A stretch of DNA of 40,000 nt from an uncultured Synergistaceae bacterium (GTDB lineage Bacteria; Synergistota; Synergistia; Synergistales; Aminiphilaceae): the NCBI GenBank assembly GCA_964545875.1, contig CAZJHH010000008.1, positions 74,840 to 114,839 on the forward strand. Direction: 5' to 3'. Position 1 is the first letter of the stretch, and the number at the start of each line of letters is the position of its first letter. This document shows, piece after piece, positions 18,995-29,220 of the stretch. Made by a program: the position numbers and the translations under genes. The notes below the pieces were generated by a model that had not been told where the DNA came from, searched no databases, and saw only the letters and a list, made by a program, of their open reading frames with translations.

Positions 18995-20293
18995 ATGGAT
19001 CTGGATACATTTTTTAAGGAAGAAGTAAAACCTGCTTTGGGCTGTACTGAGCCGGGAGCTGTCGCTCTTGCGGCGGCAGTAGCGGCTAAAGCCTTTCTGG
19101 GGAACTCGGAAAAAATCGAAAGCATTACGTTGTGCCTTTCTGCGAATATTTATAAAAACGGCCATAATGTGGGGATACCAGGTGCCCAGGGACTCAAGGG
19201 CAATTGTTTTGCCGCCGCCTTGGGCGTTCTTGCGGGAGAGCCTGCCAGAGGGCTTCAGGTTTTGGCCGACATTAACGAGGATCATGTCGTGAAAGCTCAA
19301 GAGCTTTTAGATCGCGGGGTCGTGAGAGAACACGTGCAATCCCATGTGCCGGATGTTTATGCAGAGGTTGTAATTCGAGGAGAAAACCATAGTGCGGTCG
19401 CCGTTATATCCGGAAGGCACGACTGCGTTGTGGAGTTGCGAGTGGACGGAAAAGCCGTATCCCTGAAATCCGAAGATGTTACGGAAACCCGAGGGGAATT
19501 TCGTTATTTGGAAGAACTTCGAGAAGAGAAGATGGAAGGCCTATGGAGTCTTTGTTCCGAGATTGACGAAGAAATCGAAACGTTTCTCCTGGAAGGCGTT
19601 TCCATGAATCTCGAAGTCGCTTCCATGGGGCTTACAGAAAGCCTGGGTCTCGGTGTGGGCTATGTTCTTTCCTCCCATGCGAGTTCGGGGGATTTGCTCT
19701 GGAAGATTAAAGCTGTTGCCGGTGCCGCTGCGGATGTGCGGATGTCGGGAGCTCCCTGTCCTGTTATGAGTAGCGCTGGTAGCGGCAATCATGGCATTAC
19801 CGCCATTCTGCCGGTGGCGGTTGTTGCGGAGAATCGTAATTCTTCTCCTCGGGAACTTGCCGAGGCCATCGCTCTGAGTCACCTTGTTACGGGATATATT
19901 AAATGTTTTACCGGAAGGCTTACGCCGGTATGTGGATGTGCCGTAGCTGCGGGAGCCGGTGCAGCGGCGGGAATTGTCCGCCTTCTTGGTGGCACGTCAT
20001 CTCAGGCGGAATCTGCGGTAGCCTCTCTTGTGGCCTCGCTTCTCGGAATGCTTTGCGACGGAGCGAAAGGATCCTGTGCTCTTAAGGTCAGCACCGCCGC
20101 CGGAGAAGCGTATACGAGCGCCTTATTGGCGATGGACAATCATGGTGTTATGCAGCGGGAGGGAATTATAGATCCCCGTCTGGAATTTCTGGCTCCTGCT
20201 GTGGGTATTCTCAGCACCCAAGGTTTTGCTTCCGTAGACTTCACGGTCCTCCAGCTTCTTCAGGAAGGCCATGAGGCTGAGTTTTCAAAGTAA
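18995..20293 (+). CDS. UPF0597 / CyuA(YhaM)-like L-cysteine desulfidase family (serine dehydratase alpha-like)
   Basis: ATG at 18995 follows AGAAGG. The N-terminal EVKPALGCTEPGAVALAAA and the later SSAGSGNHG and CDGAKGSCALK motifs match the UPF0597 family as I recall it. Confidence 0.75.
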   Translation: MDLDTFFKEEVKPALGCTEPGAVALAAAVAAKAFLGNSEKIESITLCLSANIYKNGHNVGIPGAQGLKGNCFAAALGVLAGEPARGLQVLADINEDHVVKAQELLDRGVVREHVQSHVPDVYAEVVIRGENHSAVAVISGRHDCVVELRVDGKAVSLKSEDVTETRGEFRYLEELREEKMEGLWSLCSEIDEEIETFLLEGVSMNLEVASMGLTESLGLGVGYVLSSHASSGDLLWKIKAVAGAAADVRMSGAPCPVMSSAGSGNHGITAILPVAVVAENRNSSPRELAEAIALSHLVTGYIKCFTGRLTPVCGCAVAAGAGAAAGIVRLLGGTSSQAESAVASLVASLLGMLCDGAKGSCALKVSTAAGEAYTSALLAMDNHGVMQREGIIDPRLEFLAPAVGILSTQGFASVDFTVLQLLQEGHEAEFSK

Positions 20294-20505
20294 AAGAGGT
20301 ATTTCTCGACGGGAAAGGGGGCTCGGCTGGCATTTCAGCTTTTAGCAATGTCTTTTAGCACTTGCGAGAATTTTTGAATAGGACGGGGTTTTTGGAAGGT
20401 TCTTTTTTCCTGTTATTTTCATGAAAATTTTGGAATTGCATGAAAAAAGGATTTTTGCGGGCTGATTCAGGTTTTTAGGTTATGTGGGAAAGGAGAGATT
20501 ATGTT

Positions 20506-22203
20506 ATGAATAAAAGGCTGCATACGTTTTTGTCCTCCCTTTGGGTCACAGCATTATTGAGCCTCTTTTTAATAGCGAGCACCATGGCATATGCCGAGGT
20601 GACAGATCGTTATCTTGTCTGGAATCTTGGGGATGAGGCCAAAAGCTGGTCTCCCATTACCAATACTCAAACCGTGGCCGACCATATGGTCAAACAGCTT
20701 TTTGAGGGGCTTACCGTAAGCTCCGCTGCGGGAATTGTTCCCGGAGTGGCGGAGAGCTGGGAAGTTTCTCCGGACGGAAAAACCTACACCTTCCATTTAC
20801 GTAAAAATGCGAAATGGTCCGACGGGTCTCCCGTTACCGCCAAGGATTTTGAATATTCCTGGCGTCAGATTTGCGATCCGAAAATCGCTTCCGAGGCACT
20901 TCAATCCATAACGGATTTTGTTCAGGGAGCAAAGGAATATTTCGAAGGCACCGGATCTTATGAGGATATAAAAGCCACCGCTCTTGACGATTATACCTTT
21001 GAAGTCGTGTTGAGAAATCCCGCCCCCTTTTTCCCTCTTCGTGCCGCTGCGGATGTGTACTGTCCCGTAAAAAAGGAAGTGGTGGAGAAGTACGGCGAGG
21101 GGTGGGAGAAAAACCCTGAAACTTGCGTCAGTAATGGCCCTTTCCGGATGGCGGAATACCACATCGGATCGCATTTTATTTTTGAAAAGAATCCTTACTA
21201 CTGGGATGCCGATGCGGTGAAACTCAAGGGGATAAAGGTCGTCCTCATCAGTGATGCCAATACTTCGCTCCAGGGATATCAGGCGGGGGAAATCGATGTA
21301 ACCGATGTGCTCCCGAGTGAGCAGATTCCCCGGCTGGTGGCCGAGGATCCCAATGTGATTGTTGTTCCGGATACCGGAACTCTTTTTATGAATTTCAATT
21401 GTGACAAGCCTCCTTTTGATAATGTGAATGTACGCAAGGCCATTGCTCACGCCATCGATCGCAAGGCCATCGTTGAACAGGTCACCAAGGGAGGCGAGAT
21501 TCCCGCCTGTGGATATATAGATCCTCACTGTCTCAAGACCGACGGCACCATGTATCGCCCTCTTGAGGACGATGGTTATCCCGCCATAGATGAAAAGTAT
21601 GGCATCGATCCTCGGGGAGCTACTGTGGAAAAAGCTCGTGCTTTTTTGGAAAAAGCCGGATATCCCAACGGTGAAGGTTTTCCCGAAGTCGAATTGGCCT
21701 ATGCAAATACCGAGAAGTACAAAAGAATTTGCGAAGCCATTCAGCAGATGCTCAAGACCAATCTCAATATCAACGTGGTTCTTCGAGGAGAGGAGAGCAG
21801 CGTTTTCATTTCCACCAAAACGTTGGGTAAATACGATATGGCTACTGGAGGATGGACGAATCACCCCATGGATGCCAACGGGCTGGTCAAGCTTTTCCAT
21901 TCTCAGAATGGCAGCAATACCGCTCAGTGGAGATGGCAGGAATATCGCGGTGCTCCCCATGATACCGTGTTGAATCCCGGTAACAAGGCTTTTGACGAGG
22001 CTTTTGACAAAGCCATGGCCTCGGTGGGGGAAGCCCGCGACAACGCCTGGCGTGAAGCGGAAGATGCCTTGGTAGGGGATATGCCCATCACCGCTTTGTA
22101 TCACCCTACGGCGGTTATGCTGATCGACCAGGAGAGGGTTTCCGGTGTAGAGGTAACGCAATCCAATTCTTTTATGTTCAAATATGCGGAGATTATCGAA
22201 TAA
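20506..22203 (+). CDS. Peptide ABC transporter substrate-binding protein (family 5, OppA/DppA type)
   Basis: ATG at 20506 follows an AAGGAGAG SD. A signal peptide is present, and WSDGSPVTAKDFEYSW is typical of SBP_bac_5. Confidence 0.9.
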   Translation: MNKRLHTFLSSLWVTALLSLFLIASTMAYAEVTDRYLVWNLGDEAKSWSPITNTQTVADHMVKQLFEGLTVSSAAGIVPGVAESWEVSPDGKTYTFHLRKNAKWSDGSPVTAKDFEYSWRQICDPKIASEALQSITDFVQGAKEYFEGTGSYEDIKATALDDYTFEVVLRNPAPFFPLRAAADVYCPVKKEVVEKYGEGWEKNPETCVSNGPFRMAEYHIGSHFIFEKNPYYWDADAVKLKGIKVVLISDANTSLQGYQAGEIDVTDVLPSEQIPRLVAEDPNVIVVPDTGTLFMNFNCDKPPFDNVNVRKAIAHAIDRKAIVEQVTKGGEIPACGYIDPHCLKTDGTMYRPLEDDGYPAIDEKYGIDPRGATVEKARAFLEKAGYPNGEGFPEVELAYANTEKYKRICEAIQQMLKTNLNINVVLRGEESSVFISTKTLGKYDMATGGWTNHPMDANGLVKLFHSQNGSNTAQWRWQEYRGAPHDTVLNPGNKAFDEAFDKAMASVGEARDNAWREAEDALVGDMPITALYHPTAVMLIDQERVSGVEVTQSNSFMFKYAEIIE

Positions 22204-22269
22204 GCGGAGAAGAAAAAAGGGGATTGGGAACTTTTTTCTAACATTGCTGGGTAATTCTGAAGATTTGCG

Positions 22270-22320
22270 GAAGGAGACGGCTTTGAAATCTTGCCGTCTC
22301 CTTCTTCCTCCTTTTTGTTT
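22270..22320 (+). terminator. Stem-loop with T-tract between the binding-protein and permease genes (partial terminator or attenuator)
   Basis: GAAGGAGACGGC-11 nt-GCCGTCTCCTTC forms a 12-bp perfect stem followed by a T-rich run. This arrangement is commonly used to uncouple SBP and permease expression. Confidence 0.55.
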
Positions 22321-22374
22321 CGGTAACTTGTCTGACTGTTGGTTTTACAGGGATTGGAGGGGACACGGCCTGCC

Positions 22375-23292
22375 ATGCTTACATATATCGTTAAGAGAGT
22401 GTGCGCCGCCTTAATGACTATCTGGTTTATTATGACGCTGACGTTTTTTCTGATGAATGCCATTCCGGGGGATCCTTTTGCCAGCGAAAAAATGTCCGAT
22501 CCCGTCATCATACAGGCGATAAAAGAAAAATATGGCCTTGATAAGCCATTGATTTCTCGTTATTTCAAATATGTGGGTGAATATCTTCATGGTGATTTCG
22601 GTGTTTCTTTCGCAAAAGTCGGGCTATCTACCAACGATATCATTGCCGCAGGTTTTCCATACTCTCTCCGAATAGGTTTATACGCTTCAGCCATGGTTCT
22701 GGTGCTGGGGGTTTTTTTCGGTATTCTGGCGGCTCTCAGGCAGAATAAATTCGTGGACCGGCTGCTAATGATTTTTTCGACTCTGGGAGCTACGATTCCA
22801 AGCTTTGTTTTTGCTACGGGGTTTTTGCTGCTTTTCAGCAAGATGTTGGGATGGGTGCCCGCATACGGGGTGGGGAATTGGAGAGGATACATTGGACCTA
22901 TCGTTGTGAGCGCTCTTTTTTCGCTTTCCTTCGTGGTCCGGCTCATGCGCTCTTCCATGCTGGACGTACTGAACCAGGATTACATTCGTACTGCCCGGGC
23001 CAAGGGACTTCCCGAGTTCAAGGTGTTAGGCAAGCATGCGCTACGGAACGCCATCCTTCCGGTGGTGACCTATATAGGTCCTATGTTTGCGGCGTTGATT
23101 ACAGGATCTTTCGTGGTTGAAAAGGTCTTTGGCATTCCCGGAATAGGAAATCTTTTTACGGGAAGTATTTTGAATCGTGACTATACCATGATCATGGGGA
23201 TTACCGTTTTTTTCGCGATTCTTCTGGTGTTTTGTGTTTTGGTAGTGGATATCCTTTATGTTCTCATTGACCCTCGCATTAAGTATGAGTAG
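22375..23292 (+). CDS. Peptide ABC transporter permease (OppB/DppB type)
   Basis: The start MLTYIVKRV... is a typical OppB N-terminus. The EAA-like loop DYIRTARAKGL is present. Confidence 0.9.
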   Translation: MLTYIVKRVCAALMTIWFIMTLTFFLMNAIPGDPFASEKMSDPVIIQAIKEKYGLDKPLISRYFKYVGEYLHGDFGVSFAKVGLSTNDIIAAGFPYSLRIGLYASAMVLVLGVFFGILAALRQNKFVDRLLMIFSTLGATIPSFVFATGFLLLFSKMLGWVPAYGVGNWRGYIGPIVVSALFSLSFVVRLMRSSMLDVLNQDYIRTARAKGLPEFKVLGKHALRNAILPVVTYIGPMFAALITGSFVVEKVFGIPGIGNLFTGSILNRDYTMIMGITVFFAILLVFCVLVVDILYVLIDPRIKYE

Positions 23293-23302
23293 GAGACCTC
23301 TT

Positions 23303-24640
23303 ATGGCAAAAGAAGCGAAAATTACGGAAGTCCTTTGGGAACCTCTGGATGTAGAGGAGAAAGATGCGGAAAGGATTGATCGGCCCAGCCTCACTTTCTG
23401 GCAAGATGGCTGGATGCGTCTTTGCCGGAACAAGGTCGCCATGGTTTCCATGTTTTATATTATATTCATTGCCCTGGGATCGATCCTCATTCCTTTCTTC
23501 TGGAAATATTCCTATGAGGAACAGGATCTTGCCATGGCAAATCTACCTCCTTTTATGACGACCTACGTTCTGGATGAGGACACAAATCTGTATGTAACTC
23601 CTCAATACTCTCTGGTAGAGCTCTCTTCGGGGGGAGAATTAAGACGATTGGTAAGTCCTGTGCGGCGTGATATGGTTCAGAAAAAAAATTACTATACTGT
23701 AAATGACAAGAAAGTCGTACTGGATTATAGCCATTACAGCAAAGCCGTTCTTGAATTCCGGCGGTTGGAGAAAGCTGCGGAACGTTCCGGCAAAGAGGAA
23801 GTGGATATAAAAAGCGCGGCTTTTCTCCGGGACTGGTTTTCGAATCAACCCTCCCGGACAACGATCTCTCTTGAAGAGGCCCGTCAAATTCTGGAAAAGA
23901 GGCTGGAGCGCGTTTCTCTTTCCGTTGAGGGAGTGCCCTTGACTCAGCATGAGCGGCTTCGAAACCGTTCCTATCTTTTGGGTACCGATAGCCTGGGAAG
24001 GGATCTTTTTATCCGAATTGTATACGGCGCTCGAATTTCCTTGACCGTAGGAGTTGTAGCGGCTCTCATCAATTTTATGGTGGGTGTTTTCTACGGAGGT
24101 ATAGCGGGATATCTCGGAGGGCGAATCGATAACGTGATGATGCGGATTGTGGATATCATTTCTTCGATTCCCATGGCCTTATACGTCATTCTCATCATGG
24201 TTGTCATCGGTCCCGGCTTGGTTTCGATCATTCTTGCCCTGGGTTTGACCTTCTGGGTGAAAATGGCCCGAATCGTTCGGGGGCAAGTTCTTACGTTGAA
24301 GCAACAGGAATTCGTTAAAGCGGCGATTGTGGTCGGAGCCGATACGAAACGAATAATGAATAAACATTTAATTCCCAACATGATGGGGCCTATCATGGTA
24401 AATATCGCTATGCAGATCCCAAGCGCGATTTTCAACGAGGCCTTTCTCAGTTTCGTGGGGCTCGGCATCTCGGCTCCCATGGCCTCCTGGGGCACTCTTT
24501 GCAATGATGCTCTTGCAGGTATTTATGTGTATCCTTATCAAATGGTCTTTCCTGCCATCGCCATTTCCACGACGATTTTTACGTTCAATATGTTCAGCGA
24601 CGGGCTTCGAGATGCTTTTGATCCAAGGCTCAGAAAGTAA
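23303..24640 (+). CDS. Peptide ABC transporter permease (OppC/DppC type) with enlarged extracytoplasmic loop
   Basis: ATG at 23303 follows an AGGAG SD. The C-terminal 220 aa are a canonical OppC core (LLGTDSLGRDLF, EFVKAA). About 170 hydrophilic residues sit between the first two hydrophobic segments. Confidence 0.85.
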   Translation: MAKEAKITEVLWEPLDVEEKDAERIDRPSLTFWQDGWMRLCRNKVAMVSMFYIIFIALGSILIPFFWKYSYEEQDLAMANLPPFMTTYVLDEDTNLYVTPQYSLVELSSGGELRRLVSPVRRDMVQKKNYYTVNDKKVVLDYSHYSKAVLEFRRLEKAAERSGKEEVDIKSAAFLRDWFSNQPSRTTISLEEARQILEKRLERVSLSVEGVPLTQHERLRNRSYLLGTDSLGRDLFIRIVYGARISLTVGVVAALINFMVGVFYGGIAGYLGGRIDNVMMRIVDIISSIPMALYVILIMVVIGPGLVSIILALGLTFWVKMARIVRGQVLTLKQQEFVKAAIVVGADTKRIMNKHLIPNMMGPIMVNIAMQIPSAIFNEAFLSFVGLGISAPMASWGTLCNDALAGIYVYPYQMVFPAIAISTTIFTFNMFSDGLRDAFDPRLRK

Positions 24641-24656
24641 AAGGAGGAAGTTTGTT

Positions 24657-25697
24657 ATGGGCGACACTCTCTTGCAGATACATCATCTCCATACCTCCTT
24701 TTTCACGCAATTGGGAGAAGTAAAGGCTATTCGCGACGTAAGCTTCCGGCTGGACAAGGGGGAAATTCTGGGAATTGTCGGTGAATCCGGAAGCGGTAAG
24801 AGCGTTACCTCCTTATCTATAATGAAATTGCTTCCCTATCCGGGGAAAATCGTAAGCGGTGAAATCCTGCTTGACGGAGAAAACCTCGTTTCTAAATCGA
24901 GTCGCCAGATGAGAAGGATTCACGGGGATAAAATTGCCATGATTTTTCAAGATCCCATGACATCGCTGAACCCTCTTTTTAGCATAGGGAACCAAATCGT
25001 TGAAGCCATTACGGAGCACCAACGGATTTCCCGCCGCAAGGCCGTGGAAAAGGCCGTCGATATGCTCCGGATTGTGGGTATTCCTTCGCCGGAAAAACGT
25101 ATTCGCAGCTTCCCTTACGAATTTTCCGGCGGTATGCGGCAGAGAGCTATGATTGCCATGGCCCTCTCTTGCGAGCCTGAACTCTTGATTGCGGACGAAC
25201 CTACCACGGCGCTGGACGTCACCATTCAGGCTCAGGTGCTGCGGCTTATCAAGGAGTTGAACGATTCCCTCGGCACTGCCACAATTCTTATCACCCATAA
25301 TTTGGGCTGTGCCGCCAGTACTTGCGATCGCATTCTCGTCATGTACGGAGGGCAAATTATGGAAGAGGCGCCGGTGGATGAAATTTTTTACGATCCCCGC
25401 CATCCCTATACCATGGGGTTGCTGCATTCGATTCCCAAGGCCACGGCAAGAGAGGCCCAAGAGCGTTTGGTCCCTATTTTGGGAACTCCTCCGGATATGC
25501 TGCACCCTCCTACGGGATGCCCTTTTTATCCGCGCTGTGTTTTTGCCATGAAAATCTGCGCTTCCCGAGAAGTTCCTGAGTTTGTCATCAGTGACGGACA
25601 TCGGGCAAAGTGCTGGCTTTGTCATCCCGAAGCGCCTCGAATAGAGAAATATGAAGCCCAGAAGGGAGGAGTGCGGCATGAAGCTGCAAAAGAGTAA
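24657..25697 (+). CDS. Peptide ABC transporter ATP-binding protein (OppD/DppD type)
   Basis: ATG at 24657 follows an AAGGAGG SD. Walker A is GESGSGKS, the signature is FSGGMRQR and Walker B is [12 protein letters not shown]. The C-terminal oligopeptide-ATPase extension HPYT...GCPFYPRC is present. Confidence 0.9.
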   Translation: MGDTLLQIHHLHTSFFTQLGEVKAIRDVSFRLDKGEILGIVGESGSGKSVTSLSIMKLLPYPGKIVSGEILLDGENLVSKSSRQMRRIHGDKIAMIFQDPMTSLNPLFSIGNQIVEAITEHQRISRRKAVEKAVDMLRIVGIPSPEKRIRSFPYEFSGGMRQRAMIAMALSCEPELLIADEPTTALDVTIQAQVLRLIKELNDSLGTATILITHNLGCAASTCDRILVMYGGQIMEEAPVDEIFYDPRHPYTMGLLHSIPKATAREAQERLVPILGTPPDMLHPPTGCPFYPRCVFAMKICASREVPEFVISDGHRAKCWLCHPEAPRIEKYEAQKGGVRHEAAKE

Positions 25698-26664
25698 CTG
25701 CTCTCTTCTTGAAGTCAGAAATTTGAAAATGTATTTTAAGCGGCATACCGGAATTCTTTCTCGCCGTGTGGAATACGTAAAGGCCGTGGACGATGTTTCT
25801 TTCTCTATCGAACGGGGAGAAACCTTTGGCTTGGTTGGGGAATCCGGATGCGGAAAATCCACTACGGGATGTTCCATAGTGCGGCTTTATAAACCTACAT
25901 CGGGGCACATCTTTTATGACGGCCTGGATTTGGCGGAGCTTTCGACAAAGGAAATGTGGCCTTATCGTAGAAAACTTCAGATGATTTTTCAGGATCCCTA
26001 TGCCTCGTTAAACCCTCGCATGACGGTCTCGGACATTATCGGTGAACCTCTCGATATTTTTAATATTTCCAAAGGTCGGGAGCGCCGGGATAGAATTAGT
26101 AAACTGCTTGAAGTGGTGGGTTTGAGTAAAAGCCATGCGAGCCGTTATCCTCACGAGTTCTCGGGAGGGCAGCGTCAAAGGATCGGTATTGCCCGGGCCT
26201 TGGCTGTCAACCCTGAATTTATCGTTTGCGATGAGCCCATTTCAGCGCTTGACGTGTCCATCCAGGCCCAGGTTATAAATATGCTGGAGGAGCTGCAGGA
26301 ACAGTTGGGGCTTACGTATTTATTTATCGCCCATGATCTTTCGGTGGTTCGCCATATTTCCAGGCGCGTGGGGGTAATGTATTTGGGCTCTTTAGTGGAA
26401 ATGGCTTCTACGGAAGATCTTTTTCGCAACACCTTGCATCCCTACACTCAAGCCCTCCTTTCCGCTGTTCCCGTGCCTGACCCGGAACTCAGTCGAAGGA
26501 TGAATGCCCAGGTGTTAGAGGGGGACGTCCCAAGTCCGATCGATACGCCCAGAGGGTGTAAATTTGCCTCTCGCTGCATGAGGGCGCGAAAAAATTGCTT
26601 TGACTCGGCGCCATCCCTCAGAAACGTTGGTTCTGAGCATTATGTGGCGTGTCATTATGTTTGA
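25678..26664 (+). CDS. Peptide ABC transporter ATP-binding protein (OppF/DppF type)
   Basis: ATG at 25678 follows a GGGAGGA SD and overlaps the oppD-like stop by 20 nt. Motifs are GESGCGKST, FSGGQRQR, FIVCDEPISALD and a C-terminal GCKFASRC. Confidence 0.9.
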   Translation: MKLQKSNCSLLEVRNLKMYFKRHTGILSRRVEYVKAVDDVSFSIERGETFGLVGESGCGKSTTGCSIVRLYKPTSGHIFYDGLDLAELSTKEMWPYRRKLQMIFQDPYASLNPRMTVSDIIGEPLDIFNISKGRERRDRISKLLEVVGLSKSHASRYPHEFSGGQRQRIGIARALAVNPEFIVCDEPISALDVSIQAQVINMLEELQEQLGLTYLFIAHDLSVVRHISRRVGVMYLGSLVEMASTEDLFRNTLHPYTQALLSAVPVPDPELSRRMNAQVLEGDVPSPIDTPRGCKFASRCMRARKNCFDSAPSLRNVGSEHYVACHYV

Positions 26665-26724
26665 AAATTTGATCATTCGTTTCTTTGAGTGATAGCGCTT
26701 TGTTATGGAGAAAGGGTGACTCGT

Positions 26725-28104
26725 ATGGCTTTAACTCTTGCGGATTTGGTGTGGCTTACGGTAAATTTGCCCGAAGATGTGGAAAAACTTAAGTGGTTTG
26801 GAGATTTCGACCGCGCTCAGAATGTCATCGATCTTTACTTGAACAGAGATATTCCGGAAGCCCTGAGAAAACGGCTTTCTATAGAAAAAGAGCTGCTTCG
26901 GAGAATGCCTTTGGGCTATCGCTATTCCCATGATGAAGCTCTCCGAATTTTGCGTGATGCCCTTGTGGATTTCAAGGATGAAGAGTTGGAAAGTTTGAGA
27001 GACAACAATGCGGTGGAGTGGATCTATATCCGGGGAGAGGTTCACTATAAGGATAATTTTTTGGAAAATTTGCTTAAAACCAGGAAAGATTATGCGGACC
27101 GGGAGAAGAATCCTTCGCAAAAATCTCAAAGCCGAACCAATGCGGAGTTATTGGATGCCGTTATTGAAAAATTAAAAACAAAGGGCGCCATAACGTACCG
27201 TCATCATATTCGCACGACCCTTACCGTTTCCTCCGAAGCGGAAAGGATAGGTGAACCAGTTCGGATTTATATTCCCATTCCTGCCTCATGTGAGAATGTA
27301 AAAAATTTTACATTGCTGGAGACCGTGCCGCGGCCTCATTTGATTTCTCCGCCGGAGTACCCTCTTCGTACGGTTTGTTTTGAGACCACACTGGAAAAGG
27401 GGCAAAAATTTTCTGTGGAGTACGAGTTTGAAAACCACATGTTCTATCAAAAGCTGGAACCCGCAAAAGTGCTGAAAGCACAGCCCACGTTTTACACGGA
27501 AGAACAGCTTCCTCATATTTGGATGACTCCCTATTTGAAATCTCTTGCCGCGGAGATTACCGCGGGATGTGAAAATAACCCTTTGCAGAAAGCGAGAAGA
27601 ATTTACGACTACATCACTACTCACGTGAAATACTCTTATGTGCGCCCCTATTTCACCATTACAAACATTCCCGATTATGTCGCCACGGGATTCAAAGGAG
27701 ATTGCGGAATCCAGGCGCTTTTGTTCATCACCTTATGCCGTATCTGCGGTATTCCCGCTAGATGGCAGAGCGGACTGTACAGCACTTCTTTGGATGTGGG
27801 GAGCCACGATTGGGCTCAATTTTATGTCGCTCCCTACGGCTGGCTTTTTGCGGACTGTTCTTTCGGCGGTGGGGCGTATCGCCGCGGTGCCATGAATCGT
27901 TGGGACTTCTATTTTGGAAACCTCGATCCCTTCAGGGTTCCCACCTGCTCGGAATTTCAGCACGAGCTCATGCCTCTCTGTCGATTCATGCGCAATGATC
28001 CTTACGACAACCAAGTAGGTGAGGTGGAATTCGAAACTCATGGATTGAATGGCAAGGAATTTGATACTGAACATGCCTTGGTTTCTATTGAGGAGCTGAG
28101 GTAG
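26725..28104 (+). CDS. Transglutaminase-like cysteine-protease-fold protein
   Basis: The Cys-His-Asp core is visible: GDCGIQALLFITLCRICGIPAR, SHDWAQFYV, WLFADCS. The N-terminal 300 aa or so has no recognisable family. Confidence 0.75.
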   Translation: MALTLADLVWLTVNLPEDVEKLKWFGDFDRAQNVIDLYLNRDIPEALRKRLSIEKELLRRMPLGYRYSHDEALRILRDALVDFKDEELESLRDNNAVEWIYIRGEVHYKDNFLENLLKTRKDYADREKNPSQKSQSRTNAELLDAVIEKLKTKGAITYRHHIRTTLTVSSEAERIGEPVRIYIPIPASCENVKNFTLLETVPRPHLISPPEYPLRTVCFETTLEKGQKFSVEYEFENHMFYQKLEPAKVLKAQPTFYTEEQLPHIWMTPYLKSLAAEITAGCENNPLQKARRIYDYITTHVKYSYVRPYFTITNIPDYVATGFKGDCGIQALLFITLCRICGIPARWQSGLYSTSLDVGSHDWAQFYVAPYGWLFADCSFGGGAYRRGAMNRWDFYFGNLDPFRVPTCSEFQHELMPLCRFMRNDPYDNQVGEVEFETHGLNGKEFDTEHALVSIEELR

Positions 28105-28227
28105 CTTCAGGTTTTTCCCAAGAATTTACTGCTATTTTGGCTATACGGCGTGAGGGATGGGATTGTCGCTTCGTATTTTGGGAGAATCCCAAAGAATAGA
28201 AACATGTTCGTTCGGGAGGCGAAGAAA

Positions 28228-29070
28228 ATGAAAATTTTTATTTCTGTGGATATGGAGGGGCTAGCTGGAATTGTTTCCTGGATTCAGGAACAGGAAGACC
28301 GGGAAATGCTTCGAAACGCTATGCATCAGCAGTTGGAATGGATTATAGAAGGTGTCTGCGCCAGCCGACGTAACGGTGAGGTGCAGGAAATCACCGTGGC
28401 AGATTCCCATGGTTTCGGATCAAATTTAATGTATGATCGGATCAGCGACATGGATGAACGCATAAGTTTGATAAACGGCTCTCCGCGACGTCAGTTTATG
28501 ATGGCCGGATTGGATAACTCCTACGACGTTGTTTTTCTCGTGGGATATCATGCCGGAGCCGGACATTTGCTTGGATGTATGGATCATACGTATTCTAGCC
28601 GCACGGTGAGCATTTTACGAGTTAATGGCACGATCATGAACGAGGCCACGGCCAACGCTTCCTATGCGGGGGAGTTGGGAGTTCCCATTGGTCTTGTGGT
28701 GGGCGATAGTGGATTGTACGAAGAATTGCTGACGGAAAAACGGATGCCTTGGGTGGAATTTGTAAAAACCAAAGACTCGTATTCCCGGAAAGCGGCGCGG
28801 TTTGTCCGCCGGAGCGAGCTTAGACGAGAGACGGTAGCCAAAACGGTTAAAGTTTTGGAAAGTGATTTGAAAGGCCTTCCATTACATAGAATAGAGTGCC
28901 CTTGCGTGCTCTCCGTTACCTTCACTACCTCGGCTATGGCCGATACGGTGGCTCAAATTCCGGGATCGGTTCGGGAGGACGGGAGGGCTGTATCCATTCA
29001 ATGTGCTAGTGCCGCCGAAATGCTTGCGGGAATTTCTGCGTTTACCAGCCTGGCAGGAACGGCCGTTTGA
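28228..29070 (+). CDS. dppA: M55 family D-aminopeptidase (DppA type)
   Basis: ATG at 28228 follows a GGGAGG SD. MKIFISVDMEGLAGIVSW is the canonical DppA (Bacillus D-aminopeptidase) N-terminus, and GYHAGAG is present. Confidence 0.85.
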   Translation: MKIFISVDMEGLAGIVSWIQEQEDREMLRNAMHQQLEWIIEGVCASRRNGEVQEITVADSHGFGSNLMYDRISDMDERISLINGSPRRQFMMAGLDNSYDVVFLVGYHAGAGHLLGCMDHTYSSRTVSILRVNGTIMNEATANASYAGELGVPIGLVVGDSGLYEELLTEKRMPWVEFVKTKDSYSRKAARFVRRSELRRETVAKTVKVLESDLKGLPLHRIECPCVLSVTFTTSAMADTVAQIPGSVREDGRAVSIQCASAAEMLAGISAFTSLAGTAV

Positions 29071-29220
29071 TGAAAAGCTGTATCATTTTTTATGGCAATT
29101 ATGTCTTATCCTGCTCAATCAAACGCAACGCCCTTGGTTGTGCTGATGAAGCCTTTCCCGAATTCTGAGAAAAAACTCCCGTTTTTTGCGCTTCCCGGCA
29201 TTCATAGGACACCCAGACAC

